This document shows, one piece after another, positions 17,841-27,487 of a DNA stretch of 64,000 bases. The translations under genes and the position numbers were made by a program. Position 1 is the stretch's first letter. Every line of letters begins with the position of its first letter. The stretch spans positions 288,001-352,000 of the forward strand of contig CALSNU010000002.1 in NCBI GenBank assembly GCA_943787795.1, read 5' to 3'. Source of the DNA: an uncultured bacterium. GTDB lineage: Bacteria; Planctomycetota; UBA1135; GCA-002686595. The notes below the pieces were generated by a model, which worked only from the letters and a program-made list of their open reading frames with translations, was not told the origin of the DNA and made no database searches.

Positions 17841-20603
17841 TCAAGCCTTGTCCAGGTTGGCCTGGTTCTCCTCCCAGTCCTCGAGGGTCATGAAGATCTC
17901 CCGAGCCTTGGACCCCATGTGGGGGCCGAGGATCCCGGCGTCGCTCATCTGATCAATCAGCCGCGAGGCACGGGTGTATCCGATCCCCAGGGCCCGCTGG
18001 AGGAGGCTGGCGGAGCCGCGGCGATACTTGAGGACGACGGAGACGGCCTCGTTGAACATCTCGTCGACCTTCTCGCCGCCCTGGTTCACAGAGCCCGGAG
18101 GCGCTGTCCCGGTGGCGGTCTGAACGAGCTGCTGGTCGAAGTTCGGTGCGGCCTTCTCGCACACGTGGTCCACCAGCGCCTGGAGCTCGTGATCCTCCAC
18201 GAGGGCGCCCTGAACGCGGACCAGCTGGCTGGACTGCGGCGGCGTGTAGAGCATGTCGCCCTGGCCGAGGAGCTTCTCGGCCCCCATCTGGTCGAGGATG
18301 ACGCGGCTGTCGATCTTGGACGCGACCTGGAAGGCGATCCGCGTGGGCAGGTTGCCCTTGATCAGGCCCGTGATGACGTCAGTGCTCGGGCGCTGGGTGG
18401 CGACGATGACGTGAATGCCGACGGCGCGCGCCTTCTGCGCGAGGCGCGCGATGGCCTGCTCCGCCTCCTTCTTGGACTGCATCATCAGGTCCGCCATCTC
18501 ATCGATGACAAACACGATGTAGGGCACGTGACGCGGGGTGTACTCCTCGTTGAAGTCGTCCCCGAGGCGCTCTCGGAGCTTGTCCTCACCGAGCTTGTTG
18601 AACGCCTTGATGTTCTTGACGCCGGCGTTGTTGAAGAGCTCGTAGCGGCTCTCCATCTTCTCGACCGCCCAGAGCAGGACGTTCGTCGCCTGCTTCATGT
18701 CGGTGACGACCGGCAGCTCGAGGTGCGGGATGTTCTGGAAGATCGACAGCTCGACCATCTTCGGGTCGATCAGGATCAGCTTCACATCGTGCGGCGAGCG
18801 CGTGAGCATGATGCTGGCGATGATCGTGTTGATGCAAACGGACTTACCAGAGCCCGTGGTGCCGGCGATCAGCATGTGCGGCGCCCGCGCGAGGTCCTCG
18901 ACGACGGACTTGCCCTCGGCGTCCATCCCGAGGAACAGCGGCAGCGCCAGGACGTCGTTGTCGTACGCCTCCTGGGTGACCAGCTCGGAGATTCGCACCG
19001 TCCGGCGGTCCTTGTTCGGGACCTCCACGCCGATCGTGTTCTTGCCCGGGATCGGCGCGATGATCCGCACGCTGCGCGCCCGGAGCGTCGCCGCGATCTC
19101 CTGGGCGAGGGCCGTCACCTTGTTCATCCTCGTGCCCTGGGTGACCGTCAGCTCGAACATGGTCACGGCCGGGCCGACCTGGGCGCCCACCACCTCGGCT
19201 TCCACGCGGAAGCTCCGAAGCGCGTTCTCGAGGTTCTCGGCGCTGGTCTCGAGGAACTCCTTGTCCACCCGGGCGCTGCCGCTGGGGGCCTCGAGGAGCT
19301 CGAAGGAGGGCAGCTCCCAGGGGCCCGGGGGTGGGGTCGGGGGCTCGTAGATGGGCTGGCTGATCGTCGAGGCGCGCTTCGCGGCGGCGGCGGCGGCGCG
19401 CTTCGCCTTCGCGGAGACCTCCGCCTCGTCGAAGTTCAGCTCGGGCTCGGGCTCCACCTCAACAGCGGCCTTCTTCTTCGAGCGAGAGCGGCTCTTCTTG
19501 GCCGCAGGCTGGATGATCTCCGGCTCCTCCTCGACCTCCTCTTCCCACTCCTCTTCCTCCCACTCACCCTCCTCGAGCTCGTCGGGATCCACCGGGTTGC
19601 CGTCCTCGTCGACGTACTCGTACTCGACCTCCTCGTCTTCCTCCTCCTCGATGTCCTCCACGTCATCGTGGGCCTCGAGGTCAGGGAGCGGGTCCTTCTT
19701 GGCCCTGGAGGCCGGCTTGCGCGGCCCGCGCGCAGCGGCCTTCCTGCCGCTCTTCTTGCCCCCCTTGGCCGCACCGGGCGCGAGGTCCGCGCCACGAAGG
19801 AAGTCCCAGATCCCCACGAGGAGGCGCTTGGTCCATCCCAGCACAGCGGGGAACGTGTGCTCCCCCATGCGGTCGCGGCGATCCTCCAGCCACTCCCCAA
19901 AGGCACTGATGGCCGTATAGAACGCCATCTCGGTGGCCAACAGGGCGGAGATGATGGCCATGGTGAGGAGCACCACCCACAGCCCGATCTGGCCGAAGCG
20001 GTCCACGAGGCCCCCGTTCGACACGAGCGCCAGCCAGCCTCCAGGACCGTAGGGCAGGTCCGGAGAGAGGCTCGACATCACCTCGTCCTCACCGACCTGG
20101 CTCAGCTCGTCCTGCGCAGCCAGGAAGGCCTCCCTCGACTCCAGGTCTGGCCCGAAGCCCAGGTCGAGGACGAAGGCCGTGCTCAGCACGAAGCACACCA
20201 CGCCCAGGAAGCGCAGCATCGGCATCCGGATCTCCCGCCGCGCGACCACGATCGCGCCCCAGAAGATGCCCAGGATCGCGAGCAGGTAGCCTGAGAGGCC
20301 GATGGCGCAGAAGGCGCCGTTCGCGAGGTAGTGCCCGAGCCGGCCGCCGAGGTTCGCCCCCTCGGGGGCTGCCGCCAGCGGAGTGCTGAACGTCACCATG
20401 GACAGCAGCATCCAGATCGAGGTCCCCACCAGCGCCAGGCCCCCCAGCTCGCGTACCCGCGCTGACGAGTCGTCGTCCAGGGGCTCGCCCATGACGAGAC
20501 TAGCCGCGAGCTGACGCCAGCGGCCTCGATCAGCCCCGCGGGCTGCTTTCTTCTTTGACTTCTTTCGCGCCAACTCGACTACTCCGCGCGTCTCCCCCCT
20601 CAA
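17841..20603 (-). CDS. ftsK: DNA translocase FtsK
   Basis: N-terminal TM region, PHMLIAGTTGSGKS, LILIDPKMVEL, VIDEMADLM, ATQRPSTDVITG, gamma domain GSASLLQRALGIGYTRASRLID; start may be slightly downstream. Confidence 0.97.
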   Translation of the reverse strand: MRGETRGVVELARKKSKKKAARGADRGRWRQLAASLVMGEPLDDDSSARVRELGGLALVGTSIWMLLSMVTFSTPLAAAPEGANLGGRLGHYLANGAFCAIGLSGYLLAILGIFWGAIVVARREIRMPMLRFLGVVCFVLSTAFVLDLGFGPDLESREAFLAAQDELSQVGEDEVMSSLSPDLPYGPGGWLALVSNGGLVDRFGQIGLWVVLLTMAIISALLATEMAFYTAISAFGEWLEDRRDRMGEHTFPAVLGWTKRLLVGIWDFLRGADLAPGAAKGGKKSGRKAAARGPRKPASRAKKDPLPDLEAHDDVEDIEEEEDEEVEYEYVDEDGNPVDPDELEEGEWEEEEWEEEVEEEPEIIQPAAKKSRSRSKKKAAVEVEPEPELNFDEAEVSAKAKRAAAAAAKRASTISQPIYEPPTPPPGPWELPSFELLEAPSGSARVDKEFLETSAENLENALRSFRVEAEVVGAQVGPAVTMFELTVTQGTRMNKVTALAQEIAATLRARSVRIIAPIPGKNTIGVEVPNKDRRTVRISELVTQEAYDNDVLALPLFLGMDAEGKSVVEDLARAPHMLIAGTTGSGKSVCINTIIASIMLTRSPHDVKLILIDPKMVELSIFQNIPHLELPVVTDMKQATNVLLWAVEKMESRYELFNNAGVKNIKAFNKLGEDKLRERLGDDFNEEYTPRHVPYIVFVIDEMADLMMQSKKEAEQAIARLAQKARAVGIHVIVATQRPSTDVITGLIKGNLPTRIAFQVASKIDSRVILDQMGAEKLLGQGDMLYTPPQSSQLVRVQGALVEDHELQALVDHVCEKAAPNFDQQLVQTATGTAPPGSVNQGGEKVDEMFNEAVSVVLKYRRGSASLLQRALGIGYTRASRLIDQMSDAGILGPHMGSKAREIFMTLEDWEENQANLDKA

Positions 20604-20722
20604 GGAGACGAACTGCCCTCCATCGTTGCGTTCCGGGGAACGCGGTTCAACGATAGGCGCCCGTGAATGGGCCCTCTGGCCCGATCCTTCCGAGAAATAA
20701 GCTCCCGCCCTGCCTGCTGCTC

Positions 20723-22186
20723 ATGCTCCTGGCCCCCCTCGCCTCCACCGCGCTTCTGCTGACGTCACCGGCCCCCCTCCAGGAGACCCCCGTGGCTCCC
20801 GAGGTCCTGGACAGCCTCGTCGTCGCTCCGGACGAAGAACTGAAGCTCACGGACACGGGTCCGACAAAGAAGGGCCCCTGGAAACTGCAGGACGCGGTCG
20901 GAGCGCCGGCGTGGCTAGAGGTCAGCGGTCAGTTCCGGACACGATTCGAGAACCTGAGCGAACGCTTCAAGATCATTCAGGACGAGGGGAGCGGCCAGAT
21001 CCTGGTCCTCCGCACGCTCCTCGCCATGACCCTCAAGGACGAGTTCCTCTCCCTCACCACCGAGCTCGAAGATTCGAGGGCGTACGGCTACCCCAGCGAC
21101 GAGATCCTCTCCACCGGTCAGGTCAACGCCGTGGAGCTGCTCCAGGCCTACGCCAGGGCGGACTTCAGTGACATGTTCACGGGCGGCGACAAGACGCGCG
21201 TCAAGCTCGGCCGCCAGACGATGGACATGGGGAGCCGACGGTTCGTGGCCCGTAACCGCTACCGGAACACGATCAACTCGTTCCTCGGCGCGAACGCGCG
21301 CTGGGAGGACAACACGGGCAGAGCCGTGGAGGCCTTCTTCACCAGCCCCACTGTCCGGCTGCCCAACGCCGGCGATCAGGAGGCCCTCAGGAACAACGAG
21401 ATCCAGTTCGATAAGGAGTTCGCGGACAACAACTTCTGGGGCCTGTTTGGCTCCCACAAGGAGGTCATCGAGAACGTCAACGCCGAGCTCTACTACTACG
21501 GGCTCGATCGCGGCGACGTGTTCAACCTCGCGGTGGCGGACCGCAAGCTGCACACCTTCGGGAGCCGCTGGTACCGCCCCACAGCTGCCGGAGAGCCCTT
21601 CTGGGAGATCGAGTACGCCTACCAGTTCGGCGAGTCCCGCAGCACGAAGGCGGCGTCGAACACGACCGACCTCGACCACAGCGCCTACATGCTGCATGTC
21701 TCCGGCGGCTACGCGTTCGATCACAGCTCCGCCCTGAAGGTCGAGGGCCTGTTCGACATCGCGACCGGCGATAGCAACCCGAACGACGGGCAGAACAACC
21801 GCTTCGACTCCCTCTTCGGCGTCCCCCGTTTCGAGTTCGGCCCCACGGGGATCTTCCGATCCTTCACCCGCGCGAACATCATCTCGCCCGGCCTGCGGCT
21901 CACAGGGAACGTCGTCGACGACTGGCAGGTCCAGCTGACCCAGCGGCCGTACTACCTGGAGTCCAAGACCGACGCGTGGACGACCACCGGGTTCCGGGAT
22001 GACACCGGCTCCTCGGGCCGACACGTGGCGGACGTCACCGAGATCCGGGTGCGTAAGCCCCTGCTGAACGGAGGCGCTCGCTTCGAGTTCGGGGGCGCTT
22101 ACCTGGCGATGAAGGAGTTCGCCAAGAACGAAGGGGACGGCAAGGACTCGATCTACACCTACGCGCAGATCACCTTCAGCTTCTGA
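20723..22186 (+). CDS. Alginate-export (AlgE-like) outer-membrane beta-barrel protein
   Basis: Signal peptide, RTRFENL, ELEDSR, ELLQAY, KLGRQTMDMGSRRFV..N.YRNTINSF, ATGDSNPNDG..NRFD; C-terminal Phe. Confidence 0.8.
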   Translation: MLLAPLASTALLLTSPAPLQETPVAPEVLDSLVVAPDEELKLTDTGPTKKGPWKLQDAVGAPAWLEVSGQFRTRFENLSERFKIIQDEGSGQILVLRTLLAMTLKDEFLSLTTELEDSRAYGYPSDEILSTGQVNAVELLQAYARADFSDMFTGGDKTRVKLGRQTMDMGSRRFVARNRYRNTINSFLGANARWEDNTGRAVEAFFTSPTVRLPNAGDQEALRNNEIQFDKEFADNNFWGLFGSHKEVIENVNAELYYYGLDRGDVFNLAVADRKLHTFGSRWYRPTAAGEPFWEIEYAYQFGESRSTKAASNTTDLDHSAYMLHVSGGYAFDHSSALKVEGLFDIATGDSNPNDGQNNRFDSLFGVPRFEFGPTGIFRSFTRANIISPGLRLTGNVVDDWQVQLTQRPYYLESKTDAWTTTGFRDDTGSSGRHVADVTEIRVRKPLLNGGARFEFGGAYLAMKEFAKNEGDGKDSIYTYAQITFSF

Positions 22187-22197
22187 TCCCGGCCGTC

Positions 22198-22253
22198 CTG
22201 CGCCTGCGAGACTGCGCCTGCGAGACTGGGCCTGCGAAACTGGGCCTGCGAGA
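22198..22253. repeat. 14-bp tandem repeat x4
   Basis: ctg(c/g)gcctgcga(g/a)a four times, with no spacers, between convergent genes. Confidence 0.9.
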
Positions 22254-22329
22254 CCCGGAGCCGGCGGCAGGCGTCCACCGGCTCCTTCCCCAGGCTCCTC
22301 GGACAGCGCCCCTCCGGGGGCTTTAGAGC

Positions 22330-22983
22330 TCAGCTTGGCGTCGGGCCGTGGGGGCCGATGAGCTGGATGAGGCGCGCCGCCGTCTCCCGCTTGGGGCAGC
22401 CCTCCGCTGACCAGAGCGCACCGTCGGCGTCGAAGACCGTGACGCTGGACTCCGGCGCGTTCAGGGCGCTGGCGCCGTTGAGGACGATCCAGTCGGCGTT
22501 CTTGCGCACGAGCTTCGCGGCCGCCCGCCTCTCGCCGTCCGCCGTCTCGAGGGCAAACGCGATGACCTTGCGGTCTCCCTTGTCCCTGGTGATGGTGCGC
22601 AGCAGGTCCGGATTCTCGACGAGCTCGAGCACCGCTGGGGCGCCGCCCTCCTCCTTCTTCTTCCACTTGCCGTCGAGCCGCTCACGGGGCCTGAAGTCAC
22701 CCACTGCGGCGGCCATGTAGATGGCATCGGCCCGCGGAAAGTGCTCCTCCAGCGCGGCGAGCATGTCCAGGGCGCTCACCACGTCGACCCGCTCGACCCC
22801 TGGCGGGGTCTCCAGGTGAACCGGACCCGCGATCAGGGTCGCGCGGTGCCCCGCTTCCACCGCCGCGCGCGCGATCTCGAAGCCCATTCGACCGCTGGAC
22901 TCGTTCGAGAGGTAGCGGACCGGGTCGAGGTGCTCACGGGTAGGACCCGCGGTCACGAGCACGTGCAAGGAGCCGGAGGCCAA
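22330..22983 (-). CDS. coaB: Phosphopantothenate--cysteine ligase (stand-alone CoaB)
   Basis: VTAGPTREHLDPVRYLSNESSGRMG, AAVGDF, FALET. Confidence 0.92.
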   Translation of the reverse strand: MASGSLHVLVTAGPTREHLDPVRYLSNESSGRMGFEIARAAVEAGHRATLIAGPVHLETPPGVERVDVVSALDMLAALEEHFPRADAIYMAAAVGDFRPRERLDGKWKKKEEGGAPAVLELVENPDLLRTITRDKGDRKVIAFALETADGERRAAAKLVRKNADWIVLNGASALNAPESSVTVFDADGALWSAEGCPKRETAARLIQLIGPHGPTPS

Positions 22984-22985
22984 GT

Positions 22986-23534
22986 TCAGGCCCCCTGACC
23001 GAGGGCTCGCTCCGCCGCAGCCACGATCGTGGCCGGCTCGGCGAGCCGCCCTGCGCCCTTATCTCCGCAGGCCATGTGCCCTTCCTCGGCCTCCACCAGG
23101 GACCAGCCGTCCGCTCGAAGGACGTCGAGGTTCCTCTGGACGGCCGGGTTGGCGAGCATGTGGGGATTCATGGCCGGGCAGACCAGCCGCGGAACGCCCG
23201 CCGGCACGGCGAGCAGCGTGGTCGTCACGAGGTCGTTCGCCATCCCATGGGCCAGTCGCCCGGCGAGGTCCGCGGAGCAGGGGGCGACGATCACCAGGTC
23301 CACCGACCGGGAGAGCTCGATGTGGTCCATCGCTCCGCGGCGCTCGTCTCCCCACTCGGACACCTGGGCAGCCTCACCCGTCACGGCGTGGAAGAGCTGG
23401 GGCGAGACGAGCCGCGCGGCGTTCTCGGTCATCGCCGTCCGCACCTGGTGTCCGTTCTGAGCGAGCTTGCTCGCCAGGTCACAGGCCTTGTAGACCGAGA
23501 CCGAGGCGGAGCAGCACAAGAGGATGTGGGCCAT
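22986..23534 (-). CDS. coaC: Phosphopantothenoylcysteine decarboxylase (stand-alone CoaC flavoprotein)
   Basis: SASVSVYKA, HIEL, APCSAD, PAMN, GHMACGDKGAGRL. Confidence 0.92.
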   Translation of the reverse strand: MAHILLCCSASVSVYKACDLASKLAQNGHQVRTAMTENAARLVSPQLFHAVTGEAAQVSEWGDERRGAMDHIELSRSVDLVIVAPCSADLAGRLAHGMANDLVTTTLLAVPAGVPRLVCPAMNPHMLANPAVQRNLDVLRADGWSLVEAEEGHMACGDKGAGRLAEPATIVAAAERALGQGA

Positions 23535-23605
23535 CTTGGGGTCTCGGTCCGAGGTCAGGGGAATGGGTGCTCCGAGCCTTGAGGCGCAGCCCTCGTCGAG
23601 GGTGC

Positions 23606-24184
23606 TCAGGCGTTGGAAGGGATCGGGAGGCCGACGATCTTGCGGATCTCGGTGACGGCACGGTCGAGGTCATCGTTCACGACGATGTGATCGTACTTCA
23701 CGCGCTCACGATACTCGTCCTCGGCCTTCTTCAGGCGCCGCTCGAGCACCTCAGGCGTCTCGGTACCGCGCCCGGAGAGCCGCTGACGCAGCACCTCGAA
23801 GGTCGGAGGAGCCACGAAGACGTAGATGCCGTCCACCTCGAGCGCCTTGAGCTGAAGGGCTCCCTGGACGTCGATCTCCACGAGGTAGGTCTTGCCGGCG
23901 GTGATGGCCTCGCGCATGGGCGCCCTGAGGGTGCCGTACATGTTCCCGTGGACCTCGGCGTGCTCCACAAAGTCGCCCGCCTCGATGCGCGCCTTGAACT
24001 CGTCCACCGAGAGGAAGTGATAGTGCGTGCCGTCCACCTCACCCGGTCGGGGCGCCCGCGTGGTCGCCGAGACGCTGAAGACCACCTGCTCGTCCTCGAG
24101 CAGCTGCCTGCAGATGGTGCTCTTCCCGCAGCCGGAGGGTCCCGAGATGAGCAGGACGGATCCCTGATGATCGGAGGATGTCAT
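23606..24184 (-). CDS. gmk: Guanylate kinase
   Basis: SGPSGCGKST, SATTRAPRPGEVDG, YGT, EIDVQGA. Confidence 0.97.
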   Translation of the reverse strand: MTSSDHQGSVLLISGPSGCGKSTICRQLLEDEQVVFSVSATTRAPRPGEVDGTHYHFLSVDEFKARIEAGDFVEHAEVHGNMYGTLRAPMREAITAGKTYLVEIDVQGALQLKALEVDGIYVFVAPPTFEVLRQRLSGRGTETPEVLERRLKKAEDEYRERVKYDHIVVNDDLDRAVTEIRKIVGLPIPSNA

Positions 24185-25086
24185 TCGATGTTCTGGACCT
24201 GCTCCCTCATGCGCTCCACGTGGGTCTTGAGGTCCACCACAAGGTGCGCCACGTCGGCGTCATTGCACTTGGAGCCCACCGTATTGGCCTCCCTGAAGAA
24301 CTCCTGAGCCAGGAAGTCGAGCTGCCGGCCGACAGGTCCACCCCCGGACAGGACAGCCCGGAGCTGGCCGAGGTGGCTGTCGAGCCGGGTGATCTCCTCC
24401 GAGATATCCAGCCGATCGGCGAGCAAGGCGACCTCACGGGCGAGGTCCGCCTCCGCGAGGCTCTTGTCGGCCGCGAGCTCGCCGACGCGCTCCACGAGGC
24501 GCGCCCGGTGCCGGGTCGCTGCGCCCGCCATGCGCTCGGAGATCCTGGTCACCAGCGCGGCGATCTCCTCACCCGCGCCGGCCACGTCCGCCCCCATGGC
24601 CTCCCCCTCGGTGGCCCTCATCGCAAGCAAGGCCTCGAGGGCCTCGTCCACCGCCCCCAGCACCGCGCCCGCCTCTTCGCCCGCGAGGTCCAGGCTCTGC
24701 TTCGAGCGATCATGGACCAGGACTCCGGGGAGCCCGAGCATCTCCGTCACCGAGTCGATCGGTCTAAGCTCGGGGTGCCGCTCGGCCAGGGACCTCTGCA
24801 GCTCGCCGTAGCGTTCCACCGCGGAAAGGTCGACGTTGAATGACGGCTGCCCCCCGGTTCGCGCGACCTCGACCCCGACCTGCACTGCGCCCCGATTGAG
24901 CTTGGCGCGGACAGCCTTGTCCACGACGGCCTCGAGGGCTGCATATCCCTGGGGGAGGCGCACCTTCGCCTGAAGGTGCTTGTGGTTGACGGTCCGGACC
25001 TCGACAGAGATCGACAGCTCCGCGCCGTCCGACAGCGTTCGCTCGGCGCGAGCCGCGCCGAATCCGGTCATCGAGAGGAGCGTCAT
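24181..25086 (-). CDS. yicC: YicC/YloC family endoribonuclease
   Basis: SMTGFG, RTVNHK, DISEEITRL, GRQLDFLAQE..REANTVGSK, REQVQNIE. Confidence 0.95.
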   Translation of the reverse strand: MTLLSMTGFGAARAERTLSDGAELSISVEVRTVNHKHLQAKVRLPQGYAALEAVVDKAVRAKLNRGAVQVGVEVARTGGQPSFNVDLSAVERYGELQRSLAERHPELRPIDSVTEMLGLPGVLVHDRSKQSLDLAGEEAGAVLGAVDEALEALLAMRATEGEAMGADVAGAGEEIAALVTRISERMAGAATRHRARLVERVGELAADKSLAEADLAREVALLADRLDISEEITRLDSHLGQLRAVLSGGGPVGRQLDFLAQEFFREANTVGSKCNDADVAHLVVDLKTHVERMREQVQNIE

Positions 25087-25123
25087 GCGTGCGCCCTCTT
25101 CGGGCAAACGAACCCGCCTGGGC

Positions 25124-25429
25124 TCAGCGGAGTTCCAGCCCGCTGACCTCTTCCACCGAGGTGTAGGGGGCCGCCTCGGAGAGGGAGCTGGTGCTCTGGC
25201 GCTTGTTGTTGAGGACGTGGATCAGCACGGCCGACGCCAGGAACGCGATGGCCACGTAAGCCGTGAAGCGCTGCACGCCTGACGCCTTGACCCCGAAGGC
25301 CTGCTGGCCAGCTGTACCGAGGGCATCCCCGAAGCCGCCGCCCTTGCCCTCTTGGAGGAGGATGACGACGGTCAGGATGATCGCCGCAGCGACGAACAGA
25401 ATGTAGAGGAGGGTGATCGCGAGGGTCAT
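25124..25429 (-). CDS. secG: Preprotein translocase subunit SecG
   Basis: Two TM helices flanking ILLQEGKGGGFG; follows tpiA. Confidence 0.92.
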   Translation of the reverse strand: MTLAITLLYILFVAAAIILTVVILLQEGKGGGFGDALGTAGQQAFGVKASGVQRFTAYVAIAFLASAVLIHVLNNKRQSTSSLSEAAPYTSVEEVSGLELR

Positions 25430-25480
25430 CGTTCTAGGGGGGCGTGCCTTGGCGGCGTCCGCAGGGTGTGGCGCCGGGGC

Positions 25481-26230
25481 TCAGCTGGCGGCGTCAATGA
25501 TCGGGAGGAAGAGCTCTGGCCGCAAGGAGGCGCCGCCCACAAGGGCGCCATCAATGTCAGGAACTGCCATGAGCTCCGCGGCGTTGGTGGGCTTGACGCT
25601 GCCTCCGTAGAGGATCCGCATCGCGGCCCCGACCTCGTCACCGAAGGCCCCTGAGAGGACACCTCGGAGGTAGGAGTGGACCGCTCCGGCCTGCTCAGGG
25701 GAGGCCGTCTCGCCCGTCCCGATGGCCCAAACGGGCTCGTAGGCCACGGAAACACGGGCCAAGGCCGCGTGATCGAGGCCCTCCAGGCCCGCGGTGAGCT
25801 GGGCCTGGCAGACCGCCTCGGTGCGCCCGTCACGGCGCTCCTCGATGGTCTCGCCCACGCAGAGCATCACCTCGAGGCCGTCCTCGAGGGCCCGTCGCAC
25901 CTTGCGGGCGATGAACTCATCTGACTCGCCGTAGACGTGACGGCGCTCGGAGTGGCCCACGAGGGCGACCGTGGCCCCGATGTCCTTCAGCATCCGGGCG
26001 GAGACCTCGCCCGTGAAGGCGCCCTCCTGCTCGTCGCTGCAGTTCTGGCCACCGACCCTCACATGGGATCCCGCGGTCGCCCTCGTCACCTCGTCCAGGT
26101 GCACGAGGGCGGGGAAGAGCCCCACGTCCACGCCGCTCACCGCGTGGTCTCGCACGGCGACGGCGAGGTCGCGCGCGGCGCGACGGTCCAGGTTCATCTT
26201 CCAGTTGCCGGCGACGTAGGGAGTTCTCAC
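25481..26230 (-). CDS. tpiA: Triosephosphate isomerase
   Basis: AGNWKMN, GHSERR, AYEPVWAIGTG, YGGSV, LVGGASL; GTGA overlap with aroF. Confidence 0.97.
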   Translation of the reverse strand: MRTPYVAGNWKMNLDRRAARDLAVAVRDHAVSGVDVGLFPALVHLDEVTRATAGSHVRVGGQNCSDEQEGAFTGEVSARMLKDIGATVALVGHSERRHVYGESDEFIARKVRRALEDGLEVMLCVGETIEERRDGRTEAVCQAQLTAGLEGLDHAALARVSVAYEPVWAIGTGETASPEQAGAVHSYLRGVLSGAFGDEVGAAMRILYGGSVKPTNAAELMAVPDIDGALVGGASLRPELFLPIIDAAS

Positions 26231-27336
26231 GCGGTGCCTCGTAGGTGGGTCGGGATCTTGGGGAGGGAGGGGTGCTGGGTCTGGTGGTCTCCGGTCAGGA
26301 GCGTCCGCCCGTCCAGCTCGCAAAGGACGCCTGCGTCAGCCACAAGCGCCTCGAGTTCATCAGGGCCAATGGCCTGCTGCCCGTCCGAGAGGGCCGCGGA
26401 GGGGTCCAGATGCACCTCGACCATCAGCCCGTCAGCGCCAGCTGCCATCCCCGCGCGCCCGATCGCACGGACCAGGTCGGAGCGACCCGCGGCGTGGGAG
26501 GGATCAGCGATGATCGGCAGGTGGGTGGCCCCCCGCAGGTGCGCGATGGCGCCCACGTCCAGGAGGTTCCGGGTGACCTGATCGAAGCTCCGAACGCCGC
26601 GTTCACAGAGCACGACGCGCGTGTTTCCCGCGCAGAGCAGGTACTCAGCCGCGTTCAGGAACTCATCGACCGTCGCCCCGAAGCCGCGCTTCAGGAGCAC
26701 CGGCCGGTCCACCGTGCCCAGCTCCTTGAGCAGAGAGGAGTTGGCCATGTTGCGGGCTCCCACCTGCACCATGTCGGCCACCTCGAGCACGGACTCGATC
26801 TCCCTGGGGTCCAAGACCTCGGTCACGATCCCCAGCCCGGTGGACTCTCGCACGTCCTTCAGGTGCTGCAGCCCGCGCTGTCCCAGCCCCTGGAAGGAGT
26901 AGGGCGAGGACCGGGGTTTGAACGCCCCGCCTCGGAGCAGGGTCGCGCCCCGGCTCTGGACGGCACGGGCGATCTCAAGGAGCTCCCCGCCGTCCTCCAC
27001 CGCGCAGGGGCCAGCGATGATGGAGGCGCGCCCACCGCCGAAGACGGCCCCCGCGACCTCCACGACCGTCGAGGGACGGCGCGTCGCCGACCAGAGCGGC
27101 TGCTCGCCCGGCCGGTCCAGCACCTCGATCACACCTGGGAGGACGGTGAAGGCCGACACGACCTGCCCGCGCTCGGGGACCGGGACCCCGGCCGAGACGA
27201 TCTCCAGCAGCTGGGCCCCCTCCAGCAGTTGGGCCCCCGACTCCGGCGCCACAAGGCGGACACCGAGCTGGAGAGCCGCGGCATCGACCCCAGCGCGCTG
27301 GGCGTCGTCGATGGTGCTCTGGAGGTGGAGGTACAT
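26227..27336 (-). CDS. aroF: 3-deoxy-7-phosphoheptulonate (DAHP) synthase, type I-beta
   Basis: IAGPCAVE, RGGAFKPRSSPYSFQG, QVGARNM, LCERG, DPSH, EVH; short N-terminal regulatory domain. Confidence 0.92.
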   Translation of the reverse strand: MYLHLQSTIDDAQRAGVDAAALQLGVRLVAPESGAQLLEGAQLLEIVSAGVPVPERGQVVSAFTVLPGVIEVLDRPGEQPLWSATRRPSTVVEVAGAVFGGGRASIIAGPCAVEDGGELLEIARAVQSRGATLLRGGAFKPRSSPYSFQGLGQRGLQHLKDVRESTGLGIVTEVLDPREIESVLEVADMVQVGARNMANSSLLKELGTVDRPVLLKRGFGATVDEFLNAAEYLLCAGNTRVVLCERGVRSFDQVTRNLLDVGAIAHLRGATHLPIIADPSHAAGRSDLVRAIGRAGMAAGADGLMVEVHLDPSAALSDGQQAIGPDELEALVADAGVLCELDGRTLLTGDHQTQHPSLPKIPTHLRGTA

Positions 27337-27487
27337 GATGGGTCGCGGAGGCGTTATTGCGCGGGGCACGCGGGCGCGCGGGCTCGTTTGGGTCACGCGC
27401 GTTTGGCTCCAGCGAAATAGCGCACCATTATAGGTGCAACGCCCCGCAAGCTCGGGGAGAGGACCGACATAAAGTCGGCCGCGAGAC

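Noticed and set aside
22198..22253. Short repeats here and at 3164-3249 as a CRISPR array
   Set aside because: Units are 13-17 bp with no unique spacers, and no cas genes are present.
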